From contig CAYYKD010000002.1 in assembly GCA_964471825.1 (NCBI GenBank), forward strand, positions 68,901 to 130,884: a stretch of DNA of 61,984 nucleotides, written 5' to 3'. This document shows positions 55,250 to 61,984 of the stretch, piece by piece (the stretch's first letter is position 1; each line of letters opens with the position of its first letter). The notes beneath the pieces are model-generated. The model made no database searches and was not told where the DNA came from. It saw only the letters and a program-made list of their open reading frames with translations. Source of the stretch: an uncultured Spirochaetales bacterium. GTDB lineage: Bacteria > Spirochaetota > GWE2-31-10 > CAYYKD01. The translations under genes and the position numbers were made by a program.

Positions 55250-57491
55250 TTTCTTCCCTATTTTTGTTTTGAGTTTGCTCTGGATATTCGATTCGGGAAT
55301 GATACATCCCTATCAGTACCCTTAGAAAAACTTTTTTTATCTTTGTAAGATCTTTGAGAGTCAGACCTGATTCATCAAGATGCCCCTCTAGAAATTTTTC
55401 ATCAAATATTCTGTCTAATAACTTTTCTATCTTTACCGCTGAAAATGATTTTAAAGATCTGCAGGTTGCCTCTACCTGGTCCGCCAGAAAAACTATTGCA
55501 GACTCCGGAAACTGGGGGTTTTTACCATTATATCTAAAAAATTCGCTACTTATATCCTCTTTTTCCGGTTCATTATTTTTTATTGCCATATCATAGAAGT
55601 ATTTAATTATGGTATTACCGTGGTGCTGACTGATAATATCAATTACCTCTTTAGGTAGTTTGTTATTTAATGCTTTTTCTGTACCTGCTTTAAGATGTCC
55701 CTTAATGATTGAAACAGAAATTGAAGGTTTTACAAGGTCATGCTTGTTGTGATCGCTCTGATTCTCGATAAAATAATCGGGATTATCAACCTTTCCAATA
55801 TCATGATAGTACCCCCCGACCCTGGCAAGGACTGCATTTGCTCCAATTTCTCGTGCAGCAGCCTCAGCAAGGTTACCTACTACAATTGAGTGATGGTAGG
55901 TTCCAATGGCTCCTGTAAATAGTGTCTGCATTAAAGGTGAAGACATATCAGAAAGCTCCTGTAGTCTGAAAATTGTTGGTGAATTTAACAACAGTTCTCC
56001 CAGAGCTATTATACCGATAGCAAGGAGTGATGAAAATAAACCATTAAATGATGCAAATACAAGTAGTGTAAAAATATCAATTAACGGGAAATTTGAGTTG
56101 AGAAATATAAATAATGTAATGAGAATATTTATTATTGATAGTTTTAATCCTGCAAGTAATAAGTCAGCACGCCCCTTAACACTTGAGATTGTAAAAACCG
56201 AACTAACCCCTGACGCAAATATAAATATAAATCCATATTCGTTGTAGTCTGAGATAACAAAAAACATCATTGCAAGAATTATTGAAAAGTAACTCGATAA
56301 TGATTTTGAAAAGAGAAAGGCCAGGGTAAATGTAAATGCAGATATTGGTAGGTATAAACCATAATAAGCACCTGATTTATCAAAACCAAGGTATGCCGGC
56401 AACGACATAAAAAAAACATAAACTACAAGCAGAATACTTATAAAGGCAGTATTTCTTACTCTAGAAAAAAATGCAGGATCAAAGTGAATTATGTAAAAAT
56501 ATGAAAAAATCATGATTGCAAGTGTAAAGAGAGTTAATGAGAGGGCCTTTTTTACATTAAAATGCCCCCCTGCCACTGACATTACGGCTTTTACTTTTGA
56601 TTCATTGTCTATAGTAATTAATTCGCCCTTTTTTAAGACCGGATCGCCCTTTTTGATAGTTTTATAGATAGGCTCGGCATTGTTTATTGCTTCCCTAAGC
56701 AATTGATCGGATAACTCCTTATCATAATGCAGATTAGGCTTTAATAATTCTTTTAGTGTGTTTTTTAGTACATGTTTTTCATTTGACTTCATGCCGTTTA
56801 GGTCTGAGACGATTTTGTTGTATAATTCATCCAGCACCTGATGTTTTATATTTAGATTATAAAGAGATAAAACCTCATCTTTTATTGTATTGTTTTCTGT
56901 TTTTCGAATGAAAACACCTGAGGCTTCAAGGATCTCAATTTTACTTTCACTTATTTCTATAAGACCTTTTTCAAGATAACCTGAGTATTCATCGATAATT
57001 TTTTCAGAGAGATTGTTATTTTCAAGAATCTGTTTTAGAAGGTTAAATTCCTGATTTCCTATGGAATAAACAAGGTCAGAATATTTTGCATTAAAGACTT
57101 CGTAGTTCTCAGATAACACAATGTTATTAAATAAGTATGAAAGATGTTTGATGTTATTTTTAGAATCTGATGTCCTTAGAATGTATGCGGGGCTTAGAGT
57201 TATCTTTAGAAGTTCAATATTTCTTTGAGTTGCATCTTTGTCAATATATCTTATTGTAGTTCGAGCAATAAGGTCATAATTAAGTGTTTCGCCAATCTGA
57301 GGCAAACTTTTTTTACTTACAGGATGATAAATAATAAGTGCGTCAATAATTAAAAATAAAAGTGATGCAATTGTTATTTTTTGAATTATTTTTAGTGAGA
57401 ATTTTTTTAGTGAGAGTTTTTGTACAGAGAGTTTATTTACTGTAATTTTTTTTAAGATAAAATTAGACTTTTTCATATTGCTCATATGCAC
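55224..57491 (-). CDS. 7TM-HD family phosphohydrolase (PgpH-like c-di-AMP phosphodiesterase)
   Basis: 7TMR-HDED extracellular region, about 7 TMs, GTYHHS..V.NLAEAAA..IGAN..LARVGGYYHDIGK, HHG and LADQVEA..RS. Confidence 0.9.
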   Translation of the reverse strand: MHMSNMKKSNFILKKITVNKLSVQKLSLKKFSLKIIQKITIASLLFLIIDALIIYHPVSKKSLPQIGETLNYDLIARTTIRYIDKDATQRNIELLKITLSPAYILRTSDSKNNIKHLSYLFNNIVLSENYEVFNAKYSDLVYSIGNQEFNLLKQILENNNLSEKIIDEYSGYLEKGLIEISESKIEILEASGVFIRKTENNTIKDEVLSLYNLNIKHQVLDELYNKIVSDLNGMKSNEKHVLKNTLKELLKPNLHYDKELSDQLLREAINNAEPIYKTIKKGDPVLKKGELITIDNESKVKAVMSVAGGHFNVKKALSLTLFTLAIMIFSYFYIIHFDPAFFSRVRNTAFISILLVVYVFFMSLPAYLGFDKSGAYYGLYLPISAFTFTLAFLFSKSLSSYFSIILAMMFFVISDYNEYGFIFIFASGVSSVFTISSVKGRADLLLAGLKLSIINILITLFIFLNSNFPLIDIFTLLVFASFNGLFSSLLAIGIIALGELLLNSPTIFRLQELSDMSSPLMQTLFTGAIGTYHHSIVVGNLAEAAAREIGANAVLARVGGYYHDIGKVDNPDYFIENQSDHNKHDLVKPSISVSIIKGHLKAGTEKALNNKLPKEVIDIISQHHGNTIIKYFYDMAIKNNEPEKEDISSEFFRYNGKNPQFPESAIVFLADQVEATCRSLKSFSAVKIEKLLDRIFDEKFLEGHLDESGLTLKDLTKIKKVFLRVLIGMYHSRIEYPEQTQNKNREENETNIQKN

Positions 57492-58410
57492 AGACGATTT
57501 TTTTTACTAGAGGGTGTCTGACAACATCTTTTTCTTCGAATTCCAGGAAACCAATTTCGGGGATTCTGTTAAGTATTCTAATAGCCTCAACAAGCCCGCT
57601 CTTTTTTTTGTGTGGCAGGTCAATCTGTGTAATGTCACCGGTTATAAAAAGTTTAGAGTTTTCGCCAAGCCTAGTCAGAAACATTTTCATCTGATTGTGA
57701 AGAGAATTTTGTGCCTCATCAAGAATAACTATAGCATCATTAAATGTTCTTCCACGCATATAGGCAAGCGGTGCGATCTCAATTAGTCCTTGACTGGATA
57801 ATTTTGCATAGGTCTCTGTATCTATCAGCGAGTTAATTGAGTCAAAGAGTGGAACGAGATAAGGGTTAATTTTTTGTATGAAGTCTCCGGGAAGAAAACC
57901 AAGGCTCTCTCCAGCCTCAACAACAGGGCGTGTTAGTATTAGTTTTTTTATGTTTTTATCAAGAAGTTGCTTTATGGCATAGGCTATTGCTATAAATGTT
58001 TTGCCTGTGCCGGCAGGACCATATGAAAAAACAATATCTTTTTTTTCTAGCATTCTTATATAGAGTCCCTGATTAACAGTTTTAGGATTAATGACTTTTT
58101 TTGCTTTATTAATCTCGATATTAGAATTCATAACTGACTTTAGATCTATGCCCGTATCATTATCAAGCTCTTTGTAGACTATTTCGATAAGACTGCTGTA
58201 TACAGTTCCATTATTTTCAGCTATCGATATGAGGCTGTGGATAAGTCTATTTATTTTACCACTCGGGTCATCATCAAAATGGATCTCATTTCCGGTCGAG
58301 AAAATTTCAAAGCCTGAAATAGTGTTTATCTTTCGAAGGTTTTTGTCATTTATTCCGCAAATCCTGATGAGTATATCTGAGTTGTCGATAATTATTGAAT
58401 TCTTAGTCAT
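57463..58410 (-). CDS. phoH: PhoH-family ATPase
   Basis: GPAGTGKTFIA, ILTRPVVEAGESLGFLPGD, IAPLAYMRGRT, ILDEAQN and ITGDITQIDLP. Confidence 0.95.
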   Translation of the reverse strand: MTKNSIIIDNSDILIRICGINDKNLRKINTISGFEIFSTGNEIHFDDDPSGKINRLIHSLISIAENNGTVYSSLIEIVYKELDNDTGIDLKSVMNSNIEINKAKKVINPKTVNQGLYIRMLEKKDIVFSYGPAGTGKTFIAIAYAIKQLLDKNIKKLILTRPVVEAGESLGFLPGDFIQKINPYLVPLFDSINSLIDTETYAKLSSQGLIEIAPLAYMRGRTFNDAIVILDEAQNSLHNQMKMFLTRLGENSKLFITGDITQIDLPHKKKSGLVEAIRILNRIPEIGFLEFEEKDVVRHPLVKKIVCAYEQYEKV

Positions 58411-58421
58411 ATAGAATGCGG

Positions 58422-58450
58422 ATTATAATTTAAAAGAGAAAAAAAGTCAA
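58422..58450 (-). promoter_or_regulatory. Near-consensus sigma70 promoter of the phoH operon
   Basis: Minus strand TTGACT (58450-58445) - N17 - TATAAT (58427-58422), only 11 nt before the ATG. Confidence 0.7.
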
Positions 58451-58692
58451 AATAAATTTACTTTGTTGAAAAGTATCGTAATTAAATCTGCAACTAAAAA
58501 AATTGGGTTTATTGAACTGGGTATTTTTGCATGAGTCTTAATCACTACAAATTAACATCAAATATAGCTTTACAATAGCCGCTATAGTTTTAACTACTTT
58601 AACACAATATTAACAACTCCTTTATCGTCAATTAATATTTTTTATATATTTTGCGTCAACACCAATAAGGTGAAATAAAAAGGAGAGTAAAA

Positions 58693-59850
58693 ATGAAAAA
58701 AATCAGTATTTTAGTTTTAATGATTGTTGGGTTGACAGTAGCCTTATCAGCTCAAACTGACGACAAAAAAAAGGCATCACCTGTAAAGGTAGGTCTTTCT
58801 TATTCTGCACAGTATCACTATGACACACTTGGTGATAATGCAGGTAAAAACAGAGGGGAAGCTGATCAATATATCAGAAATGAAGCTACAGCTGACTTTG
58901 GTTTTGATATTTTTAAAAATGACAGCATTAAGTTAACCGGTAAGGCTTATATCAAGGACAGATTTGATATCAAGTTTGGTACAACTACAGTTGTTACTGA
59001 TGTTGTAGCAGTTCCTGCTAAAACTGCAAAAATAGCAACAGTTATACCAAGAAACAGACTTTACTTGGGTTACACTTGGGGTTTGGACATTGTTAAGATG
59101 ATCCAAATCGGCTTAGAGCATGAGTTTAGACTTGAGAATGACTTAACTAAAACCGGTGCTGTGTTAAGAATATCTCCGGCAGTATTGTCTATATCAAGTA
59201 AAGCAAAAGAACTTCAAGGGTTCTCTTTTAGTGTTAAACAACTTGCTGGTATTCATTTAAATCTTTCTCCTGCATCAAGAGTCGGTAAAGATAAAAAACA
59301 TCCAAATATAGAGGTGTTTGAAGCGGTAGAACTTGAAGGTACTTATCAGGTTGCATTTGAATTCTTACATTTTATACCGGACAACAAAGACATTAAAGGT
59401 TCTTTCTATGTCAAAGATTATCTTAATATACTATTACACTCTGCTGATGTTAAGACACAAAGCTACATCAAGTATAATGATATTACTGTTGGTCTAGAGT
59501 TTGACTTCTTTAAAGTTAAACCAAGAGTTGCACTTTTAGTAAGCCCGCTTGCAAAGGTTGCTGAAACTAAATCACAATATGCTGTTGATTCGGGATATGC
59601 TGCTCAAAAAGCACTTAAGGGATCTTCAGAGGCGTTTGTTGGTTTTGAAACAGGTGTATCTTTCTCAAAAGAATGGTTCTCAATTGGTGTAACTTACCAA
59701 GGAAGATCAAAAGTATACAACAAAGATACAGATGGAAAAGAGACATTTTATGATGATTTCTTTACTGGTCTAGAAGGACAAACTTTAGCTGAAGCTCAAT
59801 TGAAAGCATGGCAATCACATGTTGAAGTTGTTGTTGGTTTCAAGTTATAA
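58693..59850 (+). CDS. Putative outer-membrane beta-barrel/major surface protein
   Basis: Strong RBS AAAGGAGAG and signal peptide (ALSA/Q). Amphipathic strands (VKVGLSYSAQY, ATADFGFDIF, LYLGYTWG, GVSFSKEWFSIGVTYQG). C-terminus VEVVVGFKL. Own terminator. Confidence 0.6.
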   Translation: MKKISILVLMIVGLTVALSAQTDDKKKASPVKVGLSYSAQYHYDTLGDNAGKNRGEADQYIRNEATADFGFDIFKNDSIKLTGKAYIKDRFDIKFGTTTVVTDVVAVPAKTAKIATVIPRNRLYLGYTWGLDIVKMIQIGLEHEFRLENDLTKTGAVLRISPAVLSISSKAKELQGFSFSVKQLAGIHLNLSPASRVGKDKKHPNIEVFEAVELEGTYQVAFEFLHFIPDNKDIKGSFYVKDYLNILLHSADVKTQSYIKYNDITVGLEFDFFKVKPRVALLVSPLAKVAETKSQYAVDSGYAAQKALKGSSEAFVGFETGVSFSKEWFSIGVTYQGRSKVYNKDTDGKETFYDDFFTGLEGQTLAEAQLKAWQSHVEVVVGFKL

Positions 59851-59894
59851 TTCGTCCAATCAATTTGTTTAGTTGATTTAATAAAAACTAATTT

Positions 59895-59930
59895 AAAGGG
59901 GCTGTTCTAGATAGACGGCCTCTTTATTTT
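59895..59930 (+). terminator. Rho-independent terminator after the putative OMP gene
   Basis: AAAGGGGCTGTTCTA-GA-TAGACGGCCTCTTT stem followed by ATTTT. Confidence 0.7.
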
Positions 59931-60038
59931 ATTAATTGGTGTTTAAATGGTTTAACAGATTATTAACATTATTCTAATACTAAAAATAGAAATAAAAACT
60001 ATAAACTTATTGATAATTTAAAAATAGGCGGTGATAAA

Positions 60039-61984
60039 ATGAATAAAATTAAAGTTGATATGCATGTCCACTCTTCGTTTTCTGAAAGACCTTCAGAGTG
60101 GATATTAAAAACTATCGGCACAAAGGAATCATATACAGATCCGGAAGAGGTCTATAGAAAGGCAAAAGCTCAAGGTATGACCTTTGTGACAATCACCGAT
60201 CATAATAAGATTGATGGTGTCAGGCTGTTGAAACAAAAATATCCTGATGAAGTTTTTATGGGCGTTGAGTTAACTTCCTATTTTCCTGAAGATGGTTGTA
60301 AAGTACACATTCTTGTCTACAATTTCACTGAAGAGCAGTTTACTGTCCTAGATGAGATCAGACATGATATATATGAGCTTAGAGATTACATCTCATTGAA
60401 TAATCTTCCTTACTCAGTTGCACATGCCTCATACTCTGTCAATGGCAAATTGAAAATGGAGCACCTTGAGAAGTTGATCTTATTGTTTGATGTTTTTGAG
60501 GGGATTAATGGCGGTAGAAACCACTTCAACAATAATATCTGGGAGACCTCATTAAAGGGTTTAACACAGGAAAAGATTGAGGCACTATCTAAACTATATA
60601 AAATAAAACCGATAAGTGATACTCCTTGGGTTAAGAGTTTTACAGGCGGTTCAGATGATCATGCAAATATTTTTATAGCTAAAACCTATACTGTGTGTGA
60701 GGGCAGTACCATTGATGATCTGATGGATCAGTTGAGAAGCAAAAAAACCTCATCTGAAGGGCGACATAACGAGTACTACAGTCTTGCACTCTGTATCTAT
60801 AAGATAGCCTATGATTTTATGATAAATGAGAATAAAGGGTTTTCAAATGAATTTCTTGATAATATCAAGAAGATAGTATTCACTAAGACTTCATGGCATA
60901 AAAAATTCTTTCTTGAAAAAATTAAAAAAAAGTATAGAAAGAGAAATGAAAAGACAAAGGAGATTCTTATAGATATTTTTGAGAATACTATTAAGAATGA
61001 AAATCTATCAATGGAAGCTAAGGTTGATGCGATTTACGATAGTCTAAGTACCCTTCTTGATGATTATTTTAGATCTTTGATTGAGACTGTTTTTAAGGAT
61101 CTCAAGAAAGTTGACATTATGAATATAATGCAGAAAGTATCGGGAACCATGCTTGGGTTATTCCTAACAATGCCATTTATAAGTACTCTGCAGCATATGT
61201 TTCAGGATAGGCAATTGTTATTGGATTTTAAGCATAAATATTCTGGAGAGCCGGAAAATACAAACAAAAATATTGCCTGGTTTACTGATACAATTTCTGA
61301 TCTAAACGGGGTCTCTGTTACTCTTAAAAAGATAGGCTGGATAACCTCTGAGAGCGGCAAGAATGTGTCTATTATATCTGCACTTTGCTCGGGTAAGCCA
61401 ATTGACGAAGATCTTCCGCCGAATTTTGTGTCACTGCCTTCAATTTTTGAACATACACCAAAAGTCTATGAGAGCTATACGGCTGTTATTCCTTCGATTT
61501 TAAAGTCTATAAAATTAATATATGAACTTTCACCTGATAAAATCATCCTATCAACACCGGGACCGGTGGGTCTTGTAGGGTTATTGATCGGTAAAATATT
61601 AAACCTCAAAACAACCTCTATATATCATACCGATTTTACTGAAGAGTTGGAAAAGATAATCGGGGATGGTTCACCGTCATTTTTTATCGAAGCCTATATG
61701 CGATGGTTTTATAATAAAACTGATTCTATCCTTGTTCCTACTAATGCATATATTTATCTGCTTGAAAAAAGAGGGTTTGACAAAGATAAAATGAAGTTGT
61801 TTAAGAGGGGACTGGACCTAAGCCAATATCAGAAACAGATTAGCGATAAAAAGTTTCTTAAAGATGAGTTTGGCATTAAAGATGGAATTACCCTTCTATA
61901 TACCGGTAGAATATCTAAAGACAAGAATCTTGATTCACTTGTAGAGTCATTTACTGAGATATTGAAATCAACAAATGTCAATCT
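60039..61984 (+). CDS. PHP-domain / GT4 glycosyltransferase fusion, 3'-truncated by window edge (absent from ORF track)
   Basis: ATG 60039 after AGGCGGTG. PHP motifs DMHVHS, ITDHN, GVELT, CKVHIL, VAHA and GGSDDH. GT4 motifs IAWFTDTISDLNGVS, IYHTDF and LLYTGRISKDKNLD. No stop seen in the stretches translated by hand. Confidence 0.88.
   Translation, partial: MNKIKVDMHVHSSFSERPSEWILKTIGTKESYTDPEEVYRKAKAQGMTFVTITDHNKIDGVRLLKQKYPDEVFMGVELTSYFPEDGCKVHILVYNFTEEQFTVLDEIRHDIYELRDYISLNNLPYSVAHASYSVNGKLKMEHLEKLILLFDVFEGINGGRNHFNNNIWETSLKGLTQEKIEALSKLYKIKPISDTPWVKSFTGGSDDHANIFIAKTYTVCEGSTIDDLMDQLRSKKTSSEGRHNEYYSLALCIYKIAYDFMINENKGFSNEFLDNIKKIVFTKTSWHKKFFLEKIKKKYRKRNEKTKEILIDIFENTIKNENLSMEAKVDAIYDSLSTLLDDYFRSLIETVFKDLKKVDIMNIMQKVSGTMLGLFLTMPFISTLQHMFQDRQLLLDFKHKYSGEPENTNKNIAWFTDTISDLNGVSVTLKKIGWITSESGKNVSIISALCSGKPIDEDLPPNFVSLPSIFEHTPKVYESYTAVIPSILKSIKLIYELSPDKIILSTPGPVGLVGLLIGKILNLKTTSIYHTDFTEELEKIIGDGSPSFFIEAYMRWFYNKTDSILVPTNAYIYLLEKRGFDKDKMKLFKRGLDLSQYQKQISDKKFLKDEFGIKDGITLLYTGRISKDKNLDSLVESFTEILKSTNVN

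Noticed and set aside
8364-57491. Apparent cyclic-nucleotide theme (cyclase pair, MshEN, PgpH-like HD protein)
   Set aside because: The genes are tens of kb apart in unrelated operons, and the HD gene is in its usual phoH-ybeY context. Co-occurrence is not evidence of one system.
53977-58410. phoH - 7TM-HD - ybeY - CBS/CorC operon
   Set aside because: A widely conserved, well-known gene order; not novel.
1975-58414. Numerous 60-150 aa ORFs antisense or out-of-frame within long genes (e.g. 1975..2202, 5865..6146, 21547..21906, 21551..21973, 30279..30599, 40468..40929, 55906..56247)
   Set aside because: They are fully nested in well-supported CDSs, with no motifs or RBS; expected shadow ORFs.
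1-61984. tRNA, rRNA, riboswitch, integrase, transposase, prophage or anti-phage defence genes
   Set aside because: None recognised by eye in any intergenic region or ORF. A covariance-model scan (Infernal/Rfam, tRNAscan-SE) would be needed to exclude small RNAs formally.

Overview
AT-rich bacterial chromosomal window with about 52 CDS. It is probably from a Spirochaetota genome; this is an inference from the DUF5312-like proteins, the spirochaete-style MCP, TPR and SH3 lipoprotein genes and the hairpin repeat style. No rRNA, tRNA, CRISPR array, transposase, integrase or phage module was recognised. Gene order: a 5'-truncated divergent Hsp70, J-domain/HEAT protein, cheW, cheR and cheA; YoaK-like protein; orphan Zn-binding lipoprotein; two overlapping 7TM-DISM class III nucleotide cyclases; SDR; MCP; esterase-galK-TIM barrel; recQ; cyclophilin-FKBP fusion; comEC; DMT; PNP; VTT; SBP plus hybrid kinase; TPR protein; fcl; MCP; standalone MshEN; rlmB; a DxDxDG-repeat protein; two DUF5312-like paralogs; HAD; hisE; M49 peptidase; RRM; ACT-paaK; phoH-HD-ybeY-CBS operon; a putative outer-membrane protein; and a 3'-truncated PHP-glycosyltransferase. 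Best finding: the two tandem cyclases have reciprocally degenerate active sites. Gene A keeps only the two metal-binding Asp residues. Gene B keeps only the Lys/Thr specificity pair, the Asn/Arg transition-state pair and the KGK motif. This points to an obligate heterodimeric, C1/C2-like bacterial adenylyl cyclase split over two receptor genes. Other notable items: a chaperone pair translationally coupled to a chemosensory cassette, several non-autonomous MITE-like elements including a modular family, and a sigma54-type promoter with a Zur-like palindrome in front of an unknown 90-aa gene. All motif positions were counted by hand and no database searches were run.
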